A stretch of DNA of 62,926 nucleotides, filler included, from Trichosphaerium sp. ATCC 40318 (Eukaryota; Protista; Tubulinea), in assembly GCA_038496445.1 (NCBI GenBank). It is 3 parts of 3 records of this genome, joined end to end, with 100 filler letters (N's around TTAATTAATTAA, not from the genome) between each part and the next. Parts side by side here need not be neighbours in the genome. Positions count along the whole stretch, not along the records: positions 1 to 22,951 come from JALMLS010000229.1; 2 more parts are not named here. The stretch is one strand, 5' to 3'. How positions within the stretch are numbered: the stretch's first letter is position 1; the number at the start of each line of letters is the position of its first letter. A program made the position numbers and the translations under genes. A model generated the notes under the pieces. The model did no database searches. It was not told the origin of the DNA and worked only from the letters and a program-made list of their open reading frames with translations. Below, piece by piece: positions 1 to 12,456 of this stretch.

Positions 1-720
1 GGGCTTTCGAAAGCACCCATTTAGCATTCAGTGCTTTTTTACAACTCTTTTTTGTTGCAAAAATTTTTGTTTTTCCAAACAACTAAATAGGTCTCGGTAA
101 GTAACCATGTTATTGTATCTCTTTTTTGCACATACTTTTTAATAGCTTACTTTTTCTTTTTTTTCTTCTATGATGAGGGTCATTTCGTCTGCACTACCAA
201 AGTAATTGGAAACGTTTGTTATTGGCAGTGTACGATTCATTGCTTGCACTTCAAATTTAACAGACTTAAAGAGTGTTCAGATATCAGACATCACTTACGG
301 CTAAATTGTCTCCAGAGAGATAAACAAAAAAGAGAATGCTCAGCAAATTCAGCTTCAAAAAAAAGCGAAATTTTGCTAAAAGCACAGTTCACGTGCTCTG
401 GTGACCGAAATAAGCCAACTTTTCTTGATTTCGAGTTGTCCTTGTTCGTAATTAGCTCCAACAAGTGTCAACCAACCCCACGTGTACCCCAGTGCTGTGT
501 GGCTTTTCTGTAAATTACACCAACAGCAAAAATCTCGTTATAAAAGCTGAGTAGCAACAAATAGTTTAAAGCCTTTCGTTTTTGCTGCGCTGAAAGCCAC
601 AACTTAGTGTTTTTATTTGAATACGTGATCTAGAACGCAAATTAACCTAGCGAAAACTATTGAAGTAAATCTACAATCTGTGTCACGTGAATAAGTCAAT
701 GCCATAAACACAGACAAGTA

Positions 721-2608
721 ATGGAAGCATACAACGTCTTGGTATTGCGAAAGGTTGATTTGGCACTTTTGACTAGCATCTAAGCCGTTTGTTTAGAAAA
801 AACAGATTCTTGAAGATATATTGGCTTGGCAGATCAGAAAACAACCTAGTTTCGCGTCTACATCAATATTGGAAGCATGTCAACAGTACGTGAAACTTAT
901 CGCTCTTCATTTGTTCTCAAAGCTACAACAAACGATTTACAGTTCTTGCGACAGCCTAACAAAAACGTTTAACTTTTAGTGTGCATCAATACATCGTCTC
1001 TCACAATGATCCATTCATATCACTCCGATACAAGAAGCGTGGATCCAATTCTACCAATACCATCAGTTCCATAAACGCCAAGGGGATGACATTCACTAAC
1101 TTCACAGGTAGTAATGAATCAGAGATTCCAACAACTTCTATTGTTTGAAATAACCTTGTTCCTTTGTTCTTTAGAGCTACCAACTGAGATTGTGTGGCAC
1201 GTGATAAGCTTTCTAGATGACAAATGTATTCTCGCGATATCACAAACAGCAAAGCCGTATGCGAAGTATTGCCAAAGTCAATTCACATGGCTCTTTGAAG
1301 TCAGTAGAGTAAGTAGGGCTATTTTTTATACTCTGTACTATTATCTGTTTATGACTTACTATTGATTTATCAAGAGCAGAGCTAGAACATACGTATTCTT
1401 AAACAAGTATTACAAAGCTGGTTTGAATCCATACACGGTTCAGAAGACACTCTCCAAACTAAAATACACAAACCGCATGAAGAAAAGAATGAAACAACAA
1501 AACTTAACTGACCGAACAATCTATGCTCACCTTAAAAAACAGCAGTATATACAGAATATCGTTTTCCTTGGCGACAATGTACACATGTGCATGGGAGGAT
1601 TTGCAAGGTCGATAGTGACACCAGACTTTTCTCCATTCAAGAAATGTATTCAAAAGTACACACTGTCTGTTACTTTGAAGGCATCAAAACACAATCCTCA
1701 GGTATCGAACAACACCTTTTTAAACTTACACCACAACTTACACGTGATATCTAGAGTAAATGTGCAAAGGCAATCAAATCTTCAGTTGCTCAAAAACTGA
1801 TTGCTGAAGGCCTTGATACAATTGATGTTGAGGATGATGAGCGAGCCAAATAGTACGGGTTTTCTGTTTTTTCTTGGATGCCATGGTGTTTGTACTAACA
1901 ATGTGATAGTTTCGAAGAAGCTGCTTCAACGATACTGGATAAAGAATACATAGTGATACCAGAACATATTGAAAACATGCCTTGTACACTCCTGCATACT
2001 GATAAGCCCGTTGAATACATTAGCTATATGGAAAGAACTAGCTATCGGTAAGAACAAAAGCTGATATTGATAGGGTTTATATTTTGTAGATTTAAAATGT
2101 ACCCTTCAATATCTCGCACACTATTCGAAAAGCTTTCCATGTTGTACAAGATTGTTGCTTAATATTCTACAACATTGTACTTGGTGAATACCGTGTACCT
2201 GATCCTATCTTTGGCACAAAACTACACAAATCAATACATGAGTTCTCGCTGTGGTGTAATCCTTGATAAAACTCAAATTTTTAGGATCGCTATATTTATC
2301 TATAAAGACGACATTTAATACCTAGTGAGTTCTGTGAGAAGTTCCAGATTGCCCTCAAGGTAATCATATACTCCTCGTTTTGGGAATGGAACTAACACTT
2401 TCTTTCTAGCCACAACGGAGTCTATTTTTGAGTACCTACTGGCGTTATTCACTTCATATGATAAAAGGAGCACACTTAGATGATGATACCCATATATTGA
2501 CTACAGTAAACTCATATTTCATTACTACTCATTCTTGACTTCAAAGACAACTGTGATAAAGCTATCAGACAAATGCTGCTTTCCTCAGCTTTAGGCTATT
2601 AGGATAAA
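721..2608 (+). pseudogene. Multi-exon F-box-containing gene, tandem copy 1 (frameshifted)
   Basis: F-box-like motif LPTEIVWHVISFLDDKCILAISQTAK in ORF 1114-1365, with GT..AG introns between ORF fragments. Near-identical to copy 2, but has small indels (e.g. near 2125 and 2258) that break the ORF seen intact at 5703-6035. Confidence 0.55.
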
Positions 2609-3003
2609 TGGAATTAATTGTTACGAAGTTAAAACCAATATTAATAAAGACTTATGCTTACTCATATTTTGACATCTTGAGCGTTTAAATTGATCAGCAC
2701 TTCTAGAAGTTTATAAAAGTTTGTAACAGCAGAGCCCATATTTACTATTGACGCCATGCTAGCAATATACCTGCGACAAAAAGTTAAGCATTAGGACATA
2801 CCAAGTACAATAGCAGTCGAGTACTACGTGCAACTTTGTTCTTCTGTGGGTCATTATTGATGACCTACTTTCTCAAGAAAATTGCCAAGCCAGGTCTCTC
2901 CCCCTTGTCTTGAGCTTGGGGCGAGAAGTAGTATTACAGTGCGCTAGTTCTATCAAAACTGACAAGTCTAGGTCTAAATAGAAATAGAAACTGGCAAAAC
3001 TTC

Positions 3004-3465
3004 TATTGTCTGGTTCATTCAAGTTTTGAGACAGACTGACTTTTAGCAAAAAAAATCCAGTTTCTGCCCGATCTGTCAGATCTGACGGATTTGACACTTC
3101 TGACAGATCTTGCAAATTGTCATTTTTTAAATGTGAACTCGCCTGTCGAGTGAATCCAACCTTTCAAACCCACGTGATTTAACAAACCCCATAGCAAAAA
3201 ATTTTATTTACATATTTGACACCTAGCGGCGTTTACAAAGCCTACAGCAACGCTGGTGGTGTTTTGGGGCGGTTTTGACTTTGTTAAACCTTCATTGCTA
3301 TTTGGATGCTACCACAGCCCTCTTTTTAGCGTGGGGTAGGCCTAGCGTAGCGTTAGTAAGTTATACACGTACGTTGATTTTTGAAGTAAAACATACAGTA
3401 AACAGTGTTTGAGGCATTCATACCGTGTTTGGCGGTAATGCGATAGCTTTGTAGGACATCATACA
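3004..3465 (+). repeat. Left arm of ~460 bp inverted repeat (pairs with 7732-8202)
   Basis: TATTGTCTGGTTCATTCAAGTTTTGAGACAGACTGAC..GTAGGACATCATAC is the reverse complement of 7732-8202, with few differences. Confidence 0.9.
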
Positions 3466-3513
3466 ATCAAGCAATTCACACTTTGCACGGGGAAACCCAA
3501 ATATGTAGAACTT

Positions 3514-3706
3514 TGTCAAAAAAAAGTCGAAAATTCGGCACACTAACTATCCTATATTATGCCATAGGAACTATTTAGAAAGCCCCCTTCAGGGGGGGGT
3601 TGGGGGGGCAGAGCCTAGCGGCGACTGAGCGCCATAACCCAGTTGTCTCCCTTTGTGGCGAACAGTTCAATATCACTTTGACATTTTTTCGACTTTTTTT
3701 TCGACA
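3514..3706. mobile_element. Small MITE-like element with G/C-rich core
   Basis: TGTCAAAAAAAAGTCGAAAA (3514-3533) is inverted to TTTTCGACTTTTTTTTCGACA (3686-3706). Core is CCCCCTTCAGGGGGGGGTTGGGGGGGCAGAGCC. Confidence 0.45.
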
Positions 3707-4290
3707 TTTTAGTACACACCTTTGCATGTAATAATAACATTGCGCTTCCGTTGTCTTTTGTTATACCATTTTATGGATTCTAACTAGGCCAACAACTCAG
3801 GCTCCAATAGCGTCAACCAACAAACCCGCCACCACAACAAACCAACCGATGACAAGGGACCGATATCCGTGCCATCGCTAACTTCATCAGCCAACAGCCT
3901 CGAGTGTACACGTTGTATCTACTGTTGTATTCCGTCATCTTTTATTGCACATGGAGTTCAGGTCCAAAGACCAAGTAGATGTAAGAAGAATTTCGTTACT
4001 AGCATAAAAGCTGATTAGCAACAAATATTTTACAGCTTTTCGTTTTTGCTGCGCTGAAAGCCCACAACTTACTGTGTTTTTATATGAATACGCGAAAAAA
4101 TTTAGCGAACAAACTTATCACGTGATCTAGAACGCAAATATCCGAAAGAGAAAACTAAAATTGGAGTAAAAGTGCAGCAAATCTACAAAGGGACGCAAAT
4201 ACCAAAAGAGAATTAAATTGAAGTAAAAGTGCAGTAAATCTACAATCTTGTGTGTACAAATAAAGTCAATACCACAAACCACAGTCAAGT

Positions 4291-6241
4291 AATGGAAGCA
4301 TACGACATCTTGGTTTTGCGAAAGGTTGTTTTTGATGTACTTGAGACATGGATCTAAGCCGTTTGTTTAGAAAAAACAGATTCTTGAAGATATATTGGCT
4401 TGGCAGGTCAAAAAACAACCTAGTTTCGCGTCTACATCGATATTGGAAGCATGTCAACAGTACGTAACGCTTGTTCGTTATTCAATCTCAAAGATATACC
4501 GCATACACATTAATATGCGTGTTTTATACTATTTACAGTTCTTGCGACAGCCTAACAAAAACGTTTAACTTTTAGTGTGCATCAATACATCGTCTCTCAC
4601 AATGATCCATTCATATCACTCCGATACAAGAAGCGCATACACAATTCCACCAATACCATCAGTTCCATAAACGCCAAGGGGATGACATTCACTAACTTCA
4701 CAGGTAGTAATGAATCAGAGATTCCAACAACTTCTATTGTTTGAAATAACTTTGATATGTAGAGCTACCAACTGAGATTGTATGGCATGTGATAAGCTTT
4801 CTAGATGACAAATGTATTCTCACGATATCACAAACAGCAAAGCCGTATGCGAAGTATTGCCAGAGTCAATTCACATGGCTCTTAGAAGTCAGTAGAGTAA
4901 GTAGGGCTATTTTTTTGATACTCTGTACTATTATTTGTTTATGACTTACTGTTGATTTATCAAGAGCAGATCTAGAACATATACATTTTTAAACAAGTAT
5001 TATAAAGCTGGTTTGAATCCATACACGGTTCAGAAGACACTTCCCAAACTAAAGTACACAAACCACATGAAGAAAAGAATGAAACAACAAAACTTAACTG
5101 ACCGAACAATCCACAAACAACTTAAATCAGTAAACAAGCAGATAGATCACACTCTAGATGTCATTTTCCTTGGCAACGTGCACATGTGTCTTGGAGGATT
5201 TGCAAGGTCGATAGTGACACCAGACTTTTCTCCATTCAAGAAATGTATTCAAAAGTACACACTTTCTGTTGCTTTGAAGGCATCAAAACACAATCCTCAG
5301 GTATCGAACAACACCTTTTTTTAACTTACACCACAACTTACACGTGACATCTAGAGTAAATGTGCAAAGGCAATCAAATCTTCAGTTGCTCAAGAACTGA
5401 TTGCTGAAGGCCTTGATACAATTGATGTTGAGGATGATGAGCGAGCCAAATAGTACAGTTTTCTGTTTTTTCTTTGATTGCTATGTGTTTGTCTCACTAA
5501 CAATGTGATAGTTTCGAAGAAGCTGCTTCAACGATACTGGATAAAGAATACATAGTGTTACCAGAACATATTGAAAACATGCCTTGTACACTCCTGCATA
5601 CTGATAAGCCCATTGAATATATTAGTAAAATCAAATTTACTAGCTATCGGTAAGAACAAAAGCTGATATTGATAGGACTTTATACCTTTTTATAGATTTA
5701 CAATGTACCCTTCAATATCTCGCACACTATTCCGAAAAGCTTCCCATGTTGTACAAGATTGTTGCTCAATATTCTACAACATTGTACTTGGTGAATACCG
5801 TGTACTTGATCCTATCTTTGGCACAAAACTACACAAATCAATACATGAGTTCTCGTTGTGGTGTAACATCCTTGATAAAACTCAAATTTGTAGGATGGCT
5901 ATATTTATCTACAAAGACGACCATTTCATACCTACTGAGTTCTATGAGAAGTTCCCAGATTGCCCTCAAGGTAATCACTTACTCCTTAACCCCTTTTGGA
6001 TTCACACACTTGTTTCACTTACGCTTTCTTTGTAGTCACAATCAAGTCAATATTTAATTATCTAGTAAGATTATTCACTTCTCATATGATAAAAGGAGCA
6101 TACTTAGATGATGATAGAGATATATTGAGTAAAGCAAACTCATATTTTCATTACTACTCAATTCTTGACTTCAATGACAACTGTGATAAAGCTTGCAGAG
6201 AAGTGATGGTTTCCTTAGCTTTCTTAGCTTCAGGGTGGTAA
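4291..6241 (+). CDS. Multi-exon F-box-containing gene, tandem copy 2
   Basis: Exons ELPTEIVWHVISFLDDK.., NPYTVQKTLPKLKY.., YPSISRTLFRKASH.. and MIKGAYLDDDRDIL..GW*, separated by GT-AG introns. Exon boundaries are approximate. Confidence 0.55.
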
Positions 6242-6669
6242 TTGTTACGAAGTTAAAACCAATATTAATAAAGACTTATGCTTACTCATATTTTGACATC
6301 TTGAGCGTTTAAATTGATCAGCACTTCTAGAAGTTTATAAAAGTTTGTAACAGCAGAGCCCATATTTACTATTGACGCCATGCTAGCAATATACCTGCGA
6401 CGAAAAGGTAAGCATTAGTACGTACCAAGTACAATAGCAGTCGAGTACTTAACGTGCAACTATGTTCTTCTGTGGGTCACTGTCGATGGCTTACTTTCTC
6501 AAGAAAATTGCCAAGCCAGGTCTCACCCTTGTCTTGAGCTTGGGGGAAGAAGTAGTGTTACACTGTGCTAGTCCTAGGTCTGATAAACATTTAATTTGAT
6601 AGGCAAAACTTCTAATTGGTGCCCAAACAATGTATAACTTATGTTTTAACAGGAACACGTGCGATATAA

Positions 6670-7340
6670 TCTACACTAAAGCCTATCACGTGATAAAGCA
6701 TTTACAAAGGGACGCAAATACCCGAAAGAGAGAAAACTAAAATTGAAGTAAATCGACAATCTTGTTTTTGATGCACTTGAGACTAGCTGTTTGTGAAGAA
6801 AAAACAGATTCTTGAAGATATATTGGCTTGGCAGGTTAGTACACGACCTAATTTTGCGTCTACATCGATATTGGAAGCATGTCAACAGTATGTGAAGCTT
6901 ATCGCGCTTTATTTGCTCTCAAAGCTACAACAAACGATTTATTGCGTGTTTCGCCTTTACAGTTTTCTTGCGAATAAGCAAATTAAACCGTTTATTTTAG
7001 TGTTCATCAATACATCATCTCTCACAACGATCCATTCATATCACTCCGATCCAAAAAGCGTGTACATAATTCCACCAGTTCCATAAACGCCAAGGGGACG
7101 ACATTCACTAACTTCACAGGTAATGAATCAGAGATTCCAACAACTTCTGCTGTTTGAAGACGACTCAAGGTACATATACCTTTTGAATGGAACTAACACT
7201 TTCTTTCTAGCCACAACGGACTCTAGTTTTGAGTACCTATGTTCACTTCATATGATAAAAGGAGCATACTTAGATGATGATACCAGTACATTGACTACAG
7301 CAAACTCATATTTTCATTACTACTCAATTTTGACTTCAAT
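6670..7340 (+). pseudogene. Third, internally deleted copy of the same gene
   Basis: Same 5' exons (KKQILEDILAWQ, MNQRFQQLLLFE) joined directly to 3' exon sequence (MIKGAYLDDD..YFHYYSIL). The F-box and middle exons are absent. Confidence 0.6.
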
Positions 7341-7731
7341 GTCAACTTTTCTGTTTTCAACACGCAATGTTGTACAGAGCCTAGATGTGGCTGGTTAGGA
7401 CAGAAATGTATTGGTAATTATTTATTACATTATTGTCTGCCTCATCAAGTTTTTACTAATATTTTCTAGAAAGTGAGTTTTTAACACTTTAGCATCTAGC
7501 AAGATCTGACACTTCTGTCAAATGGTGTAGATCTATCACAATGTGAACTATTTGTGTTATAATGTTGTCCTTCATTGTATGACTTAGGTACCTTACGGTA
7601 AGTGATAGCAAAATTTTCAATGTAAGTTTCAACAGACCATGGAAGGTGATCGCAGTATTTTACCTACGCCAACTGTACACGGTACGATCAAACCACAGAG
7701 GTGTTCAATGCGCTAAAAGCGAATTAAAAAG

Positions 7732-8202
7732 GTATGATGTCCTACAAAGCTATCGTATTACCGCCAAACACGGTATGAATGCCTCAAACACTGTTTGCTG
7801 TATGTTTTGCTTCAAAAAATCAACGTACGTGTGTAACTTACTAGCGTACGCTAGCGCCTACCCCACGCTAACAGAAGCGCTATGGTAGCATCCAGGCAGC
7901 AATGAAGGTGTAACAACGTCAAAACCGCCCCAAAACACCACCAGCGTTGCTGTAGGCTTTGTAAACGCCGCTAGGCGTCAAATATGTAAATAAAAAAGTT
8001 TGCTCTGGGGTTTGTTAAATCACGTGGGTTTGAAACGGTTGGATTCACTGGACAGGCGTGAGGGTAGATCACATTTTAAAAAATGACAATTTGCAAGATC
8101 TGTCAGAAGTGTCAAATCCGTCAGATCTGACAGATCGGGCAGAAACTGGATTTTTTTTGCTAAAAGTCAGTCTGTCTCAAAACTTGAATGAAACAGACAA
8201 TA
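7732..8202 (-). repeat. Right arm of ~460 bp inverted repeat (pairs with 3004-3465); probable non-autonomous DNA transposon sequence
   Basis: Reverse-complement match to the left arm. Both outer ends abut TA. Contains internal palindromic GATCTGTCAGATCTGAC motifs. Confidence 0.85.
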
Positions 8203-8989
8203 CTTGTTTCGATTTGAGTCGGTTTTAGTTTTCACATGTACTGGCAGTACCTGTAATCTTTTTCCATGTTGTGTATCAGGACTAAATATCCCAACCATTA
8301 ATATCCACCAGGTCTTGATTCTGCGTATAATGGAGAACAAAAACAACCAAATGAAAGCCTTAGCCGTCGTTTGTATGTCTTCTTTTTGAGTCGTTTTCGA
8401 AAACATGCCACAAAGCCTTTACAGATCACATAGTTAAGTTGAATGTTTACGACTATCGCTTATTTTTAAGGCACGAAGGCCGACACCAAAATGTTGAGTT
8501 AGCGTTTATCATTTGTGCACTTTTGTTTTGGTTTATAAAACGCGCCTCTCATAGCATATCTATCACACGTGAGAGATGCTTTTCCGAGAATTTTTAAGAT
8601 GTTTTGCCCTAAGTTGGTAGTCACAACGAATGTAACTAATTCCAACCACTACTGAGTTAACCACTCATGGCAATAAGTGTCGCGATATTCGTAATGTGCT
8701 TAACTACAACTCGTACCTCGCACCTTTTCTCGTAACATAATTGGCGACTTGAAAGGATATTTGAACCATAAATATAAGTTAAAACAAAAGCCTGTGTTCC
8801 TGTTTAGTAATCTGCGAAACGACGCTTGCTACAAAAACACGTGTTTTTAGCGAATCTGCTTGACCGAGGCTGTTTGAAGATTACGCGGTATTTAATGTGC
8901 ATTTATAAACCCACACATCACGACAGCAAAAAGAAAGGTATTATTTTATTTTTAACACCACACACCTCGTTAACGAAAATACAAAAGAT

Positions 8990-9586
8990 AAATAGCATTC
9001 CAGAAGGCCATCTTTGCTTATTAAACATCCCAGTTGAGCTACATTATTGTATCATCTATTTGGACTTTGAAGTTTATCTAAAGTGGCCACTGTTATCAAA
9101 ATACAGTGCTACAACAACACGATTCAATGATGACCTTAACAAACATGGTAAATGGTTACAACAAAGAAATTTTGGAAATCCTTACAAAACAAGCAAAAGA
9201 AGTCAAGTTTTTGTGAATGGTATCAAAGAAGGAGTGTACGAGGGTTGGTATAACGGCCAGTTATATGAACAAGGTAACTACTCAAACAATAAACTACATG
9301 GTGAATACAGTGGTACCGTAATGGTCAATTAAAGGCAGTATCACACTACACTGATGGTGAAAAGAATGGGGAACACAAGGAGTGGTACAGCAATGGTCAG
9401 CTATTTGTAAAATATGGGTTTGTCAGTGATAGAATAGAAGGAGAGTATAAATGTTGGCATGATAATGGTCAATTGTATTTCCATTATACTCAAATCAATG
9501 ATATGTTGCATGGGGAGTATAAAAAATGGAAAAAAAATGGTAAATTAGAAGATCATTGTCATTTTTTTTATGGTAAGAGAGAATGA
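8990..9586 (+). pseudogene. F-box-like + MORN-variant repeat protein, frameshifted
   Basis: LLNIPVELHYCII.. then GIKEGVYEGWYNGQLYEQGNYSNNKLHGEY. After a frameshift at ~9310 it reads WYRNGQLKAVSHYTDGEKNGEHKEWYSNGQL..IEGEYKCWHDNGQL..LHGEYKKWKKNGKL..GKRE*. No introns seen. Confidence 0.8.
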
Positions 9587-10010
9587 GAATATGCTCAGTG
9601 ATTACACTGGTCAAATAGTGAAACATTGTAATACATCTAAGGCAAAAGGCAGCGACAATAAATCAACCCTGATAACCATACTAGAGAATGCGTTTACACC
9701 TTTAGTGTGCTTTTTAGTTCATAATCTCAAGTGAACCGCTGAAAGTTTATGCAAAACCAAATTATGCTCAGTAAGTTAAGAACAAAACAACAAAGCAGCA
9801 GTCTAAGCATTTTTTACTTTTCCTTGGTACAACTCGAATAAATCACAAAACAACCTATACTAAAATACAAGTATAGCATCATACTAATAGTTACAAATAG
9901 CAAGTGAAATGCAAGATGGTTTTGAGGTGAGTAAAAACGTTTAAATATTCTGAAAATACAATGCTACATTAGGATTATTTTACTTTACAATGATGTACTT
10001 TGCTTATTAA

Positions 10011-11560
10011 TTATAAGGCATTTTCAACTCTACCTAATGAATCTGCAGTGTTTGTAATAGATAGATTCTTTGATGTACGTTTTGTGGTATGTCTCTTCTT
10101 TGGTACATTGAAACTAGCAACAATTGTAACGCCCAAAATATTGCCAGCAAACATCATGTTAAACAAACTGAACCTGACAGCAATACCACTTTCAAATAGA
10201 GAAACTACTGCTTGTGCTATCAAAGATAATAGAAGATAAGCTATACAACCTGCTGCTACTGATGTTCTCCTCCGTATTTTAAGTAGAAACTCTGATTGTG
10301 TTTCATCTTTTTTAAAGTATTTTTTTACAGCGCTAAGCACTTTCATACTTGTTGTGATACAATAAACAAAGTTTGCTATAAGTATAATAAAGTAGAAGAA
10401 ACTAACTACAATTTGAAATTGTGCGTTTAGTGTTAATCCAGATAGAATAGAGACAATCAAGTCCAAAACAATGATAACTCCACATGTGATAAAAAACGGT
10501 ATTTTCAGTTTCGTCAAAAAAGGAGCTGTTTGCACTGATTTGATAAGTAACGTTTCATGCCAATAGATAACTATGAGTAAGTTTGTTGCAAGAGAAAAAG
10601 GAATATGAAATGTTCCAAGAGTTCGAGAAACAACAAGTGGAACAGCCATTTTAAGAGTTACAAATAAAGGGTATGCAATTATACGAATAACAGCTGCTAC
10701 GATTTCTAGAAATATAGCCTAAAACTCATTAGATATGTACATTATATACGAAGTAAAAGTATACAAAAGTGTCACGTGGATACAAAGTGTTAAAGATGAT
10801 AATTTTGGTTTGTTGTTTTCGGTTCGACTAAAACGTACTACATTTGAGAGTGATTTACACGGCTGGTGCCTAAACTCATACAATCTGTAAACAAAGTATA
10901 TGATGGATATAATATTGGCAATAGCGTTTAAAACTTCGAGAGTACGTGCAATAGGACTCTACATTAAAAAGTTTAGAAACACTGAGCGTCCAAGTAAAAA
11001 AAAAACTTGGTTCAAACAAAATGTATACAAAGCACGTGTCAACCACGTGTTGTCAATACAAAACAACCTTAATTATTCTAACAAACACGTACACGCATAA
11101 AAGGCCGTAGCCTATTATGATCAGCAGTAACATTGACTTGAACTTCGTATTCGCTATTCTCTTCAATAAGATTTCCAACTTCTCTGCCAACAACAACTCC
11201 AGGAATATAAGCCTTTGTATCACCAAATCTAGTATTAGTCCCTGCTTCATCTATCCAAGGTGACAAGCCATTGCTTATTATGATTATAGCAAGTGCTCCT
11301 TCATCCTCAATCCATCTATGAAGCGTATTTCTCATCGCACGTACTCCTGAAACGAAGACAACGCGGTTTGTTTTGTTTGGACACGATTCGTGCACTGCTG
11401 TTAAATTTGTTCCCGAATATAGTGTTTCTTGAAAGTTAGAGCCGTATAGAAGCGCTGGAGAGAAGTATTGTCGTTCTGAACCCGATATAGATACAAAACA
11501 ATTCGTAAAGCATAAGAAGCATCCAACAATGATCAATGCGCGTATGCAGTTGGTATACAT
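10011..11560 (-). CDS. Signal peptide + PA (protease-associated) domain + multi-pass (7TM-like) membrane protein, multi-exon
   Basis: Hydrophobic N-terminus, then PA-like GALAIIIIS..IPGVVVGREVGNLI. At least 5 TM helices in ORF 10011-10649, plus hydrophobic exons between introns. Confidence 0.65.
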
Positions 11561-12456
11561 TCGCTTTAAGCTTCTACCGCTTGAGTTATTTCTAAAAATG
11601 GCGCTAGCGCTTAAAATGGCTTAAAACTATTTTATCCGTAAACAATCGTTAGCGAAGGACATGATAGGCGGTATAGGTTGCACTGGAACTCCAGTTTCAA
11701 AATAACGTTAACGAACACACGCATAACTTCGCGCCAAGTTGAAACAAAAAGTGAGCATTCACTGAAGTGTAAAGCATGACCACTTTATTTCAAGCGCCTC
11801 TCGCACTTTTGTAGACGTTTTTGTGTTTGCTTTTTTGAAAGCTGCTTTTACACTTTTGTACAAATGTGTAAAGAGGTACGTACCTTGCCAGGATTCTCTA
11901 TACTTGTTAGTACACAATAAACTGGGCCGCAAAGTTCAGCCTGTGAAGGGGTCTTATTGACGTGATCGTCATCATTGCAAACAACATCGTTTATTTATAA
12001 TCACTAGAAGAAATCAAAGTAACATAAATTATAAGTAAGCTAGCAACAGAAATTCAAAGTTTATTTAATGAATGAAGATGTGGAACATTTCAAGCGTTTG
12101 GTTGGACTGAACAAGACTGTCAATATCGAAGGACACAATAGGCAACAACAACAACAATGGCGAGTAGCAATCAAAACATCCCCTCGCCCTCCCTAAAATC
12201 CTTTTCTTTTTCTTGTTAAAATTATTTCTTTATTTTTCCTTCAAACACATTTGCAATTCACACGAGTGTTCTTAAATGTAGAATAAATCCGCTCGTGTGG
12301 CTACGCTAGAGCCACCAAAGACTGAGCGTCTTTCCTCCCAAGCGCGTCTCCCTTATATTGACAATGTTGTCCAATCTAACACCAGAATATCAATGACCAA
12401 TTGAGGATTTTCTTTTTTACGAAGGCCAACTCCTAAAAACACGTGTTGTATCAATA

